Positions 50,669 to 63,605 of a stretch of DNA of 64,000 bases are shown here, piece after piece. The stretch comes from an uncultured Actinomycetes bacterium (GTDB taxonomy: Bacteria > Actinomycetota > Thermoleophilia > UBA2241): positions 320,001 to 384,000 of the forward strand of contig CAVYCN010000004.1 of assembly GCA_963767005.1 (NCBI GenBank), in the 5' to 3' direction. How positions within the stretch are numbered: the first letter of the stretch is position 1; every line of letters starts with the position of its first letter. The notes under the pieces are model-generated. The model was not told the origin of the DNA. It was given only the letters and a program-made list of their open reading frames with translations, and made no database searches. Made by a program: the position numbers and the translations under genes.

Positions 50669-51910
50669 TCAGCGCGACGCGTGCCGGGGCACCATCGCGT
50701 AGAGCGTGTTCACCCCGTTCACGTACAGCGTGCGCCCGTCGGTCGTGACGGGCGAGTACCTGCCGTCGTGGAACGTCCACACCACGCGACCGGTGCGCGC
50801 GTTCAGCCCCCAGGTGCGGTGGCCGAAGCTCGAGACGTAGACGACGCCGTCGACCACGGTGGGCGAGCCCGAGATCGGGGCGCCGGCCGAGAACCGCCAG
50901 ACCAGGCGGCCGGTGGCCGCGTTCAGCGCGTAGAACGTGCCGTCGTAGCTGCCCTCGTAGACCATGCCGCGCCACACCGCTGGCGACGAGTACACGTAGC
51001 CGCTCGTGCCGTAGGACCAGCGCTTGCCGCCGTTGCTCAGGTCGAAGGCGTAGATGCCGCCGCCGGTGCCGCCGATGTAGACCGTGTCGTAGGCGAGGGC
51101 GGCGGTCGCGTAGAACTGGTTCGACGAAAGAAGGCCGCCGGTGCCGCGCGACCACAGCAGCTTCCCGTTGTAGTTCAGGCAGTACACGGCGCCGTCGTAG
51201 GCGCCGAACACGATGCGGCCGTTCAGCTCGGCGAGGGCGCCCTTCACCGAGCCGCCGGCGCGGAACCGCCAGACCAGCTTGTGGGTCTCCAGGTTGAGCG
51301 CGTACACGCTGTCGTTCTCGTCGCCGAAGAACACGCGGCCGCGCCAGACGAGCGGCGACGACTCGCTGCGGCCGATCCCCGTGAGGCCCCACTCGCGCTT
51401 GCCGGTGAAGCGGTCCAGCACGTCGAAGCGGCCGCCGAGCGAGGTGACGAAGACCGCGGTCGAGTCGACCGTGGGCGTCGAAGCGAACAGCGCGCCGTCG
51501 GGCTCGCTGTACCGCCAGAGCACCTTGTGGTCGCGCGCGCTCAGGCAGTAGACGCGGCCGTGCTCCGTGCAGAAGTACAGGTCGCCGTCGTAGATCGACG
51601 GCGGGAACTCGAGGAGCTGCCGGGCCTTGAAGTGCCAGACGATGCGAAACGGGGGTCGCAGGCCGACGGCCGGGTTGAAGCGGGTGCGGGCCGGGTCGTA
51701 GCCGTAGGTCGGCCAGTCCTCGGTGGCGAGGGCGGCGCTCGCCGAGGGCGTCGGGGTCGGCGACGGCGACGGCGAGGCGAGATCGGCGGTGGGGAACGGC
51801 GTGGGCTTGGGGCCGCTCGAATGATGGAGGGCGAGAAACGCGACGGCGCCGATGCCGCCGAGCACGACGACGGCGGCGATGATGTCGATGACGAGGAGTC
51901 TGCGATGCAC
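50669..51910 (-). CDS. Membrane-anchored PQQ-like beta-propeller repeat protein (BamB/AfsK-like)
   Basis: TM helix, SP-rich linker, WPT.G.D..RT, about 8 SSP....G.V..G..DG..YAL...TG...W repeats; start GTG 51910 inferred. Confidence 0.85.
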   Translation of the reverse strand: MHRRLLVIDIIAAVVVLGGIGAVAFLALHHSSGPKPTPFPTADLASPSPSPTPTPSASAALATEDWPTYGYDPARTRFNPAVGLRPPFRIVWHFKARQLLEFPPSIYDGDLYFCTEHGRVYCLSARDHKVLWRYSEPDGALFASTPTVDSTAVFVTSLGGRFDVLDRFTGKREWGLTGIGRSESSPLVWRGRVFFGDENDSVYALNLETHKLVWRFRAGGSVKGALAELNGRIVFGAYDGAVYCLNYNGKLLWSRGTGGLLSSNQFYATAALAYDTVYIGGTGGGIYAFDLSNGGKRWSYGTSGYVYSSPAVWRGMVYEGSYDGTFYALNAATGRLVWRFSAGAPISGSPTVVDGVVYVSSFGHRTWGLNARTGRVVWTFHDGRYSPVTTDGRTLYVNGVNTLYAMVPRHASR

Positions 51911-51992
51911 GGGGATGTAGTGTACCTCTCTCGAAACGACTCGGGGGCACCCGGCCGCGCACCGGCGTTGGCGCTCGGTATATCGTAAGGCC

Positions 51993-53020
<1,028 letters not shown>

Positions 53021-53024
<4 letters not shown>

Positions 53025-54445
53025 GCCCGGAGCGCGCCAAGGCGGGCACGGCCGGCGACGAGCCGGCCGAGGCCGCCGCGCTGCGCGGCCTCGCCGCCGT
53101 CGACCAGGTCCTGCGTGAGCCGGCCGTCGCCGCGCTCCTCGAGCGCTATCCCCGCGACGTCGTCGTGCGCGCCGTGCGCACCGTGATCGACCGTCTGCGG
53201 CGCGAGATCATCGAGGGCGGGCGAGAGGCCGACGCGGCCGGCCTCACGCCCGCCCATCTCGCGCCCTGGGTCGAGCAGCTCGTCGAGACGGCCGTCTCCC
53301 CGTCGCTGCGCCGCGTGATCAACGCGACCGGCGTTGTCGTCCACACCAACCTCGGGCGCTCCGTGCTGCCGGCCGAGGCGCTCGCCGCGGTCGTCACCGC
53401 CGCCGGCTCGTACACCGACCTCGAGATCGACCTCGCCGGCGGCGAGCGGGCCACCCGGCAGCGCCACGTGCGCGACGTGCTGTGCGCCCTCACGGGCGCC
53501 GCCGACGCGCTCGTCGTCAACAACAACGCCGCGGCGGTGCTGCTCGCCCTGGCGGCGACTTGCCGCGACGGCGAGGTGATCGTGTCGCGTGGCGAGCTCG
53601 TCGAGATCGGCGACGGGTTTCGCATCCCCGACATCCTCGCCGAGAGCGGCGCCCGCCTGGTCGAGGTGGGCACCACCAACCGCACCTACCTGCGCGACGT
53701 CGAGCGTGCCTGGACCGAGCGCACGCGCGCCGTGCTGCGCGTGCACACGAGCAACTACCGCATCGTGGGCTTCACCACGCAACCGGCGCTCGACGAGCTC
53801 GTGGGCTTCGCCCACGAGCGCGACGCGCTGGTGATCGACGATCTGGGCAGCGGCGCCCTGGCCGACCTGCCGCTGCTCGCCGAGGAGCCGGCGGCGCGCG
53901 AGTCGCTGCGCCTCGGCGTCGATCTCGTCACGTTCAGCGGCGACAAGCTGCTCGGCGGGCCGCAGGCCGGCATCGTGCTCGGCACGGCCGCCGCCGTCGA
54001 GCGTCTGCGCACCCACCCCCTGGCGCGCGCCGTGCGCATCGACAAGCTCAATCTGGCCGCGCTCGACGCGCTGCTGCGTCTCTACCTCGACCCCGCGGCC
54101 GCCGTCGAGCGCGTGCCGACGCTCGCCCTCCTCGTCCAGGCCCGCGCCGCGCTCGTGGCGCGCGCCGAGCGGCTGCGTGCCGCGCTCGGCGACGGCGAGG
54201 TCGTCGACGCCGTGGGGCGCGCCGGCGGCGGTGCGCTGCCGCTGGCCGAGGTCGCGAGCGCGGCCGTCGCCCTGGCCCCGGCACGGCTCGCTGTCGGTGA
54301 GCTGGCCGCCCGCCTGCGGCGCGGGCGCCCGGCGGTGCTCGGCTACGTCCACGACGGCCGGGTCCTGCTCGACGTGCTCGCCGTGCGCGACGACGAGGTC
54401 GACGCGCTCGCCGCGGCCGTGGGCGCCGCCCTGACCGCGGGGTAG
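53021..54445 (+). CDS. selA: L-seryl-tRNA(Sec) selenium transferase
   Basis: VINATGVV.HTNLGR, VVNNNAAA, SRGELVEIG..FRIPD, VGTTNRT, FSGDKLLGGPQAG. Confidence 0.96.
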
Positions 54446-54450
54446 GAGCC

Positions 54451-56409
<1,959 letters not shown>

Positions 56410-56477
56410 GCTTCACGCCGCAGCGAGCGGCGCATCACAGAGGATCGGCGGGCGGGGGGCTGCCCCCGAAGCGGCCC

Positions 56478-57536
56478 TTACGGCCGGCCGGAGGCGAAGT
56501 AGTCGCCGCTGAAGGCCGAGTCGTAGCGCACGTCGACGCCGGTGTAGGGCGCGTCGATCATGGAGCCGCCACCCACGTAGATGCCGACGTGGTGGATGCC
56601 GCCGGCCGAGGGGCCAAAGAAGACGAGGTCGCCGGGCTGCTCGGAGCCGTGCGCGACGGGCGTGCAGTCGGCGTACTGCATGGCGGCGTTGTGTGGCAGG
56701 GAGATGCCGACCTGCGCGTAGCAGTACATGACGAGACCCGAGCAGTCGAAGCCGGACGGGCTTGCGCCGCCCCACACGTAGGGCACGCCGAGGTAGCGCT
56801 GGGCGATCCCCACGATGCCGCCGTGCGCGCCGGCCGACGAGGTCGTGCCGCCCGGGTTCTGCTGGACGTGCGAGGCCGACTCGCGCGCGGCGGCGGCACG
56901 CTCGGCAGCCAGCTTGGCGGCGCGCGCCTGAGCGGCCTCCATGGCCTTGATCTGCTTCTGCACGCCGGCGAGCTTGCTCTGACGGTAGCTCAGGTCGGAG
57001 TAGATCTGCTGTTTGGTCGCGGCCCGCTCCGCGACGAGCGCCGTCGCCTGCTTGCCCTCGACCAGCAGCGCCTTGCGACGCTCGCTGATCTGCTTCTTGA
57101 GGGCGGTGATCGTGCTGACCGTCTGACTCTCGTTCTGGTCGACCTGCCGCATGGCGTCGACCTCGGTCACGAGCTGGTCGAACGACTTGGTCGACAGCAG
57201 CACGTCGAGCATGTCGGCCTTGTCCTGCTTGTAGAGCGACACGACGCGCTGAGTGAGGGTCTGGCGGGCGACGAGCAGGTTGTAGCGCGCGACGATGAGC
57301 TGGTGCTCGTTCGTGCTGATCCGGGCGCGGACGTCGGTGAGCTTCTGGTTGGCCGCGTCGTAGGCCTCGACCGCGATCTCCATCTTGGTGTTCAGGGCCT
57401 GGACCTCGGTGGCCAGGTTCTGAGCCTGCGCCTTCTTCTGGGCGATCGTGGTCGCCGACACCGAGCCGGGGATGAGCGAGATGGCCAGCATGGCCGTGAA
57501 GAGAAGCAGGGCGAGGGTGAGAAGCCTGCGCTGCAT
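56478..57536 (-). CDS. Secreted coiled-coil plus NlpC/P60 peptidoglycan endopeptidase (CwlO/RipA-like)
   Basis: Signal peptide, coiled coil, LGVPYVWGG..P.GFDCSG, PGDLVFF, HVGIY.G; AAGGAGG RBS. Confidence 0.93.
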   Translation of the reverse strand: MQRRLLTLALLLFTAMLAISLIPGSVSATTIAQKKAQAQNLATEVQALNTKMEIAVEAYDAANQKLTDVRARISTNEHQLIVARYNLLVARQTLTQRVVSLYKQDKADMLDVLLSTKSFDQLVTEVDAMRQVDQNESQTVSTITALKKQISERRKALLVEGKQATALVAERAATKQQIYSDLSYRQSKLAGVQKQIKAMEAAQARAAKLAAERAAAARESASHVQQNPGGTTSSAGAHGGIVGIAQRYLGVPYVWGGASPSGFDCSGLVMYCYAQVGISLPHNAAMQYADCTPVAHGSEQPGDLVFFGPSAGGIHHVGIYVGGGSMIDAPYTGVDVRYDSAFSGDYFASGRP

Positions 57537-57658
57537 GCCGTCGCCTCCTTTTGGGCCTCGCCACTCACCGCGACGAGCCCCTGAGGTGCGCCCGTTTACG
57601 TCGTGCGCTTCGTTGCCTGCCGGGCCCCCGTACCCATGACAAGGGGCGCGAGCCCGGG

Positions 57659-57688
57659 ACCTTACCACAGAGCTGCCGCCACTTTCAA
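57659..57688 (-). promoter_or_regulatory. Promoter of the NlpC/P60 gene
   Basis: TTGAAA-N18-TAAGGT with TG extension on the minus strand. Confidence 0.6.
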
Positions 57689-57936
57689 GCCGGCCCGTCC
57701 GGCCGGCACGTCCTTGATCGACCGGCGCGACCGCTGCCTGAAGCCCGCCGTGCCGGCCGCGGACGCCTCGGAGGCGCCTGCCAGAAGAAGTTCGCCCTCT
57801 GCTTCCCGTCACCTTCACGGCGCCGCCGGAGTCCCGTGCTCGTGGTCCGGGCGCCGCCGAGGTGATAGCGTGGCTAGGCCCGCCCGGGCGGGCGGGCCGC
57901 GACCCGGGCGGTCCGCGCAGGGAGTGTGAAGGGGGC

Positions 57937-58734
57937 ATGACGATGGAGCGCAGGGGACGGCTGGCCGGCAAGGTGGCGCTGATCACCGGGGTGGCCAAGC
58001 AGGACGGGATCGGCTTCGCCACGGCGCGGGTCTTCCTCGAGGAGGAGGCCGCCGGCATCGCCGTGGTCGACATCGCGGACGCCGTGCACGACTGCGCCGC
58101 CAGCCTGGGCGAGGGATGCACCGGGCACACCGCCGACCTCACAGCGGCCGCCGACGTCCAGCGCGTGGTCGACGAGGCGCTCGCCGCCCACGGGCGCATC
58201 GACGTCCTGGTCAACTGCGCTGGCATGGTCGTCTTCGGTCAGGACGAGGACTTCGCCGCCTTCCAGGACCTGAGCGAGCGGCAGTGGGACTTCGGCATCG
58301 CCATCAACCTGAAGAGCCAGTTCCTGGTGACGCGCGCCGTGGTGCCGCACATGATCGCGCGCGGCTCCGGCCGTATCGTGAACGTCTCGTCGGTCACCGG
58401 CCCGGTGGTCGCCAACCCCGAAGAGTCGGCGTACTGCGCGGCCAAGGCCGGCGTGGTGGGCCTTACCCGCGGCCTCGCGCTCGACGTCGCCAAGCACGGC
58501 ATCACGGTGAACGCCGTGGGACCGGGCTGGGTGGCCACGGGCTCGCAGGTCGAGGGCGAGGACGTGGGCGGCGACAACACGCCGCTCAAGCGCTCGGCCC
58601 GGCCCGACGAGATCGGCCGGCTGATCTGCTTCCTGGGCTCCGACGACGCGAGCTACATCACCGGGCAGCTCGTCGTGATCGACGGCGGCAACACGATCCA
58701 GGAGTACAAGGGCCCGAGCGAGCTCTACTACTAA
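57937..58734 (+). CDS. Short-chain dehydrogenase/reductase
   Basis: TG.....GIG, VNCAG, NVSS, YCAAK, VNAVGPG, ITGQ...DGG. Confidence 0.93.
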   Translation: MTMERRGRLAGKVALITGVAKQDGIGFATARVFLEEEAAGIAVVDIADAVHDCAASLGEGCTGHTADLTAAADVQRVVDEALAAHGRIDVLVNCAGMVVFGQDEDFAAFQDLSERQWDFGIAINLKSQFLVTRAVVPHMIARGSGRIVNVSSVTGPVVANPEESAYCAAKAGVVGLTRGLALDVAKHGITVNAVGPGWVATGSQVEGEDVGGDNTPLKRSARPDEIGRLICFLGSDDASYITGQLVVIDGGNTIQEYKGPSELYY

Positions 58735-58755
58735 GCGGCGCGGGGGGGATGGAAC

Positions 58756-59556
58756 GTGGCGGCGGAGTCCGAGTTCGACAACAGGGTCGTGCTGGTCACC
58801 GGCGCGGCGGGCGGCATCGGCAAGGCCGTCGCGCGGCGCTTCCTGGCTGCCGGGGCCCAGGTGTTCGCCGCCGACCTGCGGGCCGAGCCCCTGGCGGCCG
58901 CCGTCGCAGAGTTGTCGGCGTCGCCAGGCACGGCGATCTACCCCATCGAGGCCGACGTCACCGTCGTCGCCGACTGCGAGCGCATGGTGCGGGTCGCGGT
59001 GGCCGGCGGCGGGCGCCTCGACGTGCTCGTCAACAGCGCCGGCGTGTGGGTCGAGGGCCCGAGCGAGACCATGACCGAGGCCGACTGGGACGGCGTGGTC
59101 GACGTCAACCTCAAGGGCACCTTCTTCTGCTGCCGCTACGCCCTGCCGGAGCTGCGCAAGACGCAGGGCTGCATCGTCAACGTCTCGTCGGACGCCGGCG
59201 TGGTGGGCACGCCCGAGACGGCCGTCTACACGGCCTCCAAGGGCGGCGTCAGCCTGCTCACCAAAGCGCTCGCGCTCGAGCTCGCGCCCGACCTCGTGCG
59301 CGTGAACGCGGTCTGTCCCGGCGACGTGCAGACTCCCATGCTGCAGTACCAGGCCGACAACTTCGGCGGCGGCGACCCCGAGGGGTACCTGCGACGGCTG
59401 CTCGCCTCGTACCCGCAGGGCGAGCGTGCCCGCTTCATCAGGCCCGACGAGGTGGCGGAACTCATCTGCTACCTCGCCGGCGAGAAGGCGGCGCCGATCA
59501 CCGGCGCCCTCCTGTCGATCGACTTCGGGTCGAGCGCCGGCTACACGTATCAGTGA
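58756..59556 (+). CDS. Short-chain dehydrogenase/reductase
   Basis: TGAAGGIG, VNSAG, NVSS, YTASKG, VNAVCPG.V.TPM. Confidence 0.93.
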   Translation: MAAESEFDNRVVLVTGAAGGIGKAVARRFLAAGAQVFAADLRAEPLAAAVAELSASPGTAIYPIEADVTVVADCERMVRVAVAGGGRLDVLVNSAGVWVEGPSETMTEADWDGVVDVNLKGTFFCCRYALPELRKTQGCIVNVSSDAGVVGTPETAVYTASKGGVSLLTKALALELAPDLVRVNAVCPGDVQTPMLQYQADNFGGGDPEGYLRRLLASYPQGERARFIRPDEVAELICYLAGEKAAPITGALLSIDFGSSAGYTYQ

Positions 59557-59606
59557 CCGCGTCCGCGCGACCCGGCAAACCGCAAGGGAAGGAGTCCGAG
59601 TCCCCC

Positions 59607-61016
59607 ATGGCCGAGAGACCGTTCATCCACCCGTACATCCCCAACGCTGTGCCGGCCACCAAAGCGGCCATGTTGCGGGAGATCGGGCTCGACGGCGTCG
59701 AGGAGATCTACGCCGAGATCCCCGACCGCCTGCGCTTTCGGGGGCGGCTCGACATCCCCGAGCCGATCCTCGCCGAGCGCGACCTGCGGCGGCACGTCAA
59801 GGGCCTGCTCGACCGCAACACGAGCTGTGAGGACAACCTCAACTTCTGCGGCGCCGGCTGCTGGCAGCACTACGTGCCGGCCGTCGTCGACGAGGTCGTG
59901 AACAGGGCCGAGTTCCTGTCGGCGTACTGCGGCGGCAGCTACTCCGACCTGGGCAAATACCAGGCGCGCTTCGAGTTCAACAGCCAGCTCGGTGAGCTGC
60001 TCGACCTGGACGGCGTCGCCAACCCGATCTACGACTGGGGCGACGTCGCCGGGCGCAGCTTCCGCATGGCCAGGCGCATCACGGGCCGCCGCCGGGTGCT
60101 CGTGCCGCAGGCGATGAGCCCCATGCGCCTGGCCGAGGCGCGTACGCTCTGTCAGCCCGAGGTGATGCCCACCCACGTCGCGATCGAGCAGGTCGCCTAC
60201 GAACCGGCCAGCGGCCGGCTCGACCTCGCCGACATGCGCGCGAAGATGGGCGACGACGTCGCCGCCGTCTATTGGGAGAGCCCCGGTTACCTCGGTACGA
60301 TCGAGGACCAGGGCGCCGAGATCGTGCGCATCGCGCACGAGCAGGGCGCTCTCGCCATCGCCGGCGTCGACCCGATCACGCTGGGCGTGCTCGCGCCGCC
60401 CGGTGCGATCGGCGCCGACATCGCCTGCGGCGACATCCAGTGCCTGGGCGTGCACATGCACGCGGGCGCCGGCTGCTCGGGCTTCATCGCCTTCCGCGAC
60501 GACGACCCGGTGTTCGCGCAGGAGTGCCCGCTCGAGCTCTACACGCTGCTCGAGACCGAGACACCCGGCGAGTGGCAGGTCGCCGAGGCCCTGGCCGAGC
60601 GCACGAGCTACGGCGCGCGCGACCAGGGCAAGGACTGGGTCGGCACCGCCTCGGGCCTGTGGACGATCGCCGCGGCCGTGTACATGACGGTCATGGGTCC
60701 CCAGGGCTTCAAGGAGGTCGGCGAGACCTGCATCGCACGCTCGCACTACGCCGCGAAGCGCCTCGCCGAGCTGCCCGGTGTGACGATCAAGCTCTCGCCC
60801 GCCTTCTTCAAGGAGTTCGTGGTCTGCTTCGACGGCACCGGCAAGACGGTCGCCGAGATCAACCACAGGCTGCTCGACCACGCCGTCTTTGGCGGCAAGG
60901 ACCTCTCGGCCGAGTTCCCCGAGCTCGGGCAGAGCGCCCTGTACTGCGTCACCGAGTATCACAGCGAGGCCGACATCGTGGAGCTCGTGATCGCCCTCAA
61001 GGAGGTGCTGCAATGA
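59607..61016 (+). CDS. Divergent GcvPA-like (glycine dehydrogenase subunit A paralog)
   Basis: HPYIPN, ML..IG, NF.GAG...HYVPAV, RAEF..AY, G.L.PPG..GADI..G, FFKEFV, CVTE; AAGGAG RBS before ATG 59607. Confidence 0.88.
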   Translation: MAERPFIHPYIPNAVPATKAAMLREIGLDGVEEIYAEIPDRLRFRGRLDIPEPILAERDLRRHVKGLLDRNTSCEDNLNFCGAGCWQHYVPAVVDEVVNRAEFLSAYCGGSYSDLGKYQARFEFNSQLGELLDLDGVANPIYDWGDVAGRSFRMARRITGRRRVLVPQAMSPMRLAEARTLCQPEVMPTHVAIEQVAYEPASGRLDLADMRAKMGDDVAAVYWESPGYLGTIEDQGAEIVRIAHEQGALAIAGVDPITLGVLAPPGAIGADIACGDIQCLGVHMHAGAGCSGFIAFRDDDPVFAQECPLELYTLLETETPGEWQVAEALAERTSYGARDQGKDWVGTASGLWTIAAAVYMTVMGPQGFKEVGETCIARSHYAAKRLAELPGVTIKLSPAFFKEFVVCFDGTGKTVAEINHRLLDHAVFGGKDLSAEFPELGQSALYCVTEYHSEADIVELVIALKEVLQ

Positions 61017-62632
61017 GCGACCGCGTGACCGACGACGTCGCCGCCAAGCTCGAGCGCCTGGGCCGCCTGCGCCGCGACGGCGGCGCCCTGCGCGACTACC
61101 ACGCGCCGCGCTGGAACGAGCCCCTCGTCATGGAGCAGAGCGTGCCCGGCGAGCGCGGCGTGCTCGTGCCGCAGCCCGAGGCCGAGGTCAGGGCCGAGGT
61201 CGGCGACCCGCTGCAGTACGTGCCGGCCGCGACGCGCCGCCGGCAGGCGCCCGACCTGCCCGAGATCTCCCAGCACCAGGCCCTGCGTCACTACCTGCGG
61301 CTGTCGCAGATGACGCTCGGCATGGACCTCGGTTCCGACATCTCCGAGGGCACGTGCACGATGAAGTACAGCCCCAGGATGCATGAGGAGCTCGTGCGCT
61401 ACCACAAGCACGCCGAGCTGCACCCCTGGCAGGACGAGGACTCGCTGCAGGGCCTGCTGCAGATCGTGTACGACTGCGGCGAGTACCTGAAGGCGATCTC
61501 GGGCATGGACGCCATCACCCTGCAGCCGGGCGGCGGCTCGCACGCCGTCTACACCAACGCCTGCGTCATGCGCGAGTACTACCGCGAGCGTGGCGAGCTC
61601 GACCAGCGCACCGAGATGATCACCACGATCTTCTCGCACCCGTGCGACGCGGCGACACCCTCGGTGGCTGGCTTCAAGGTCATCACCGTCATGCCCGACG
61701 AGAACGGCTACCCCGACCTCGAGGCCTTCAAGGCGGCCGTGTCCGAGCGCACGGTCGGCTGCATGATCACGAACCCCGAGGACACCGGCATCTACAACCC
61801 GCAGATCGACAAGTACGTCGAGGTGCTGCACGGGGCCGGCGCCCTGGCCTTCACCGACCAGGCCAACGCCAACGGCATCCTGGGCTTTGCCCGCGCCCGC
61901 GACGCCGGCTTCGACGCCTGTCATTTCAACCTGCACAAGACCTTCTCGAGCCCCCACGGCTGCGAGGGTCCGGCGACCGGCGCCTACATGGTGACCGACG
62001 AGCTCGCCAAGTACCTGCCCGTGCCGGTGGTCACCAGGGTCGGCGAGCGCTACCACCTCGACTACGACCGGCCGCAGTCGATCGGCCGGGTGCGCGGCTT
62101 CCTGGGCAACTGGATGGGCGTGCTGCGCGCCTACGCCTGGATCCGCAGCATGGGCCCCGACGGCCTGCGCGAGGTGGCCGAGATCAGTGTGCTCAACAAC
62201 AACTACCTCGACCGCCTGCTCATGGGCGTGCGCGGCGTGAGCCGTCCGTACGCCGAGGGCCATCGCCGGCTCGACCAGGTGCGCTACAGCCTCGAGACGC
62301 TCAAAGAGGAGACGGGCGTCGGCACCGAGGAGGTGCGCGACCGCATGGTCGACTTCGGCATCCAGAGCTACTGGATGAGCCACCACCCCTGGGTGGTGGC
62401 GGAGCCCTTCACGCCGGAGCCCTGCGAGACCTATTCGAAGGCCGACCTCGACGAGTGGGCCGCCGTCATCAAGAAGGCGAGTGACGAGGCCTACGCCGAC
62501 GCCGGCACGGTCAAGTCGGCGCCCCACGCCTCGAGCTCGGGACGCATGAAGGGGCTCGAGGCCCTCGAGGACCCCGGGCGCTGGGCCCTGACCTGGCGGG
62601 CGTATCGCCGCAAGAACGGCCTGGCAGGGTAA
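61013..62632 (+). CDS. Divergent GcvPB-like (glycine dehydrogenase subunit B paralog)
   Basis: LPE.S....RHY..LSQ, G.CTMKY.P, QPGGG, ITNP, PLP-Lys motif HFNLHKTFSSPHG, VLNNNY, EP.E. Confidence 0.9.
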   Translation: MSDRVTDDVAAKLERLGRLRRDGGALRDYHAPRWNEPLVMEQSVPGERGVLVPQPEAEVRAEVGDPLQYVPAATRRRQAPDLPEISQHQALRHYLRLSQMTLGMDLGSDISEGTCTMKYSPRMHEELVRYHKHAELHPWQDEDSLQGLLQIVYDCGEYLKAISGMDAITLQPGGGSHAVYTNACVMREYYRERGELDQRTEMITTIFSHPCDAATPSVAGFKVITVMPDENGYPDLEAFKAAVSERTVGCMITNPEDTGIYNPQIDKYVEVLHGAGALAFTDQANANGILGFARARDAGFDACHFNLHKTFSSPHGCEGPATGAYMVTDELAKYLPVPVVTRVGERYHLDYDRPQSIGRVRGFLGNWMGVLRAYAWIRSMGPDGLREVAEISVLNNNYLDRLLMGVRGVSRPYAEGHRRLDQVRYSLETLKEETGVGTEEVRDRMVDFGIQSYWMSHHPWVVAEPFTPEPCETYSKADLDEWAAVIKKASDEAYADAGTVKSAPHASSSGRMKGLEALEDPGRWALTWRAYRRKNGLAG

Positions 62633-62676
62633 GCTGTGCGGCCAAGGAGCCTGAACGACTGGAAAGGGGTGCCGGC

Positions 62677-62922
62677 ATGTGCATCGTGATGGGGCCGATC
62701 CGGATGGTCAGGGGACTGATCGCCGCGATGCTGAAGATCGTCGCGACAATCGTCCTCGTGGCGATCGCGGTGGTCGCGCTGGTCCCGCTCGGCATCGCCC
62801 TGGCGGCGGTGCTCTACATCAAGCGCGACGCCTGGACGCTGCCCGCCTACCGCTGGGCGCGCGACACGAGCGGCCGCCTCGGCTTCACGCCCTGGGGCCC
62901 GGGCGACGGCGGAGCAGCCTAG
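62677..62922 (+). CDS. Small hypothetical membrane protein
   Basis: Long hydrophobic segment, GC3 bias, AAGGGG upstream. Confidence 0.55.
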   Translation: MCIVMGPIRMVRGLIAAMLKIVATIVLVAIAVVALVPLGIALAAVLYIKRDAWTLPAYRWARDTSGRLGFTPWGPGDGGAA

Positions 62923-63047
62923 GCCACGTCGCGTCGTCGTCGACCGGCGGTCGCCGCGGACCGGCGGGGGCGGCGAGGGCTGACCTTCAGCCCTCGCCGC
63001 CCCTGCTCGTCGTGCGCCGGGCGCGCGCATCCGTCAGAATGGAGCGC

Positions 63048-63605
63048 ATGAGCTCGCGAGGTTCGAACAGAGGTAAGTCGCGCGGACGGCGCCGTGTGGC
63101 GCCGGTCGCGGCAGCGGCCGGACGCGGCCTGGCCGGGGTCGCCCGCGTCGTGCTGCTGGCGATCATGGCGGCCGCGGTCGTGCAGGCGCTTGCCATCCTC
63201 GTCACATTCGCCCTACGGCGCTCGTCGTTCTCGTCGTTTCCCACGGCGCAGGCCATCGTGGCGTTCATCCTGGCGGCCGTCGCCGTGCTCGTCATGCTGG
63301 CGCTCGCCGTGAACTCGTCGTACCTGCCCGACCGCGTCGTGCCGCGGCGCTACCTGGGCGTGGCGTTCGGCGTCGTCTGGGTCGTCGGGGCGGCGGCGAT
63401 CGTCGTCGGCCTCGTGGGGTCGTTCCGTCTCGGCGCCTACGTCGCGGTCGAGATCCTGCCGGCGGCCGTGGGCTTCGTCCTCATGGGCCTGGTCACGCCC
63501 GGCCTGTACCGCCGCCCGGGTGAGGACGCAGGCGCCGGCGGCGGCGACAGCACCGCGCCGTCCCCGCGCGGCCGCCAGCGCCGCGGCGGGCGGGCGAAGC
63601 GGTGA
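63048..63605 (+). CDS. Hypothetical 4-TM membrane protein
   Basis: Four hydrophobic helices; CAGAAT 7 nt before ATG 63048 (ATG 63039 is an alternative). Confidence 0.7.
   Translation: MSSRGSNRGKSRGRRRVAPVAAAAGRGLAGVARVVLLAIMAAAVVQALAILVTFALRRSSFSSFPTAQAIVAFILAAVAVLVMLALAVNSSYLPDRVVPRRYLGVAFGVVWVVGAAAIVVGLVGSFRLGAYVAVEILPAAVGFVLMGLVTPGLYRRPGEDAGAGGGDSTAPSPRGRQRRGGRAKR

Noticed and set aside
56410-56477. selC (tRNA-Sec) after selB
   Set aside because: The gap is too short and has no cloverleaf or TCA anticodon arm.
59572-59592. GGCAAACC-GCAA-GG resembling a c-di-GMP-I riboswitch
   Set aside because: The 50-nt spacer lacks the second stem and the rest of the consensus.
58116-61016. 966-aa ORF (and 786-aa ORF 60272-62632) as giant fusions
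   Set aside because: Upstream parts are alternate frames of the SDR and GcvPA-like genes; RBS-supported starts are 59607 and 61013.
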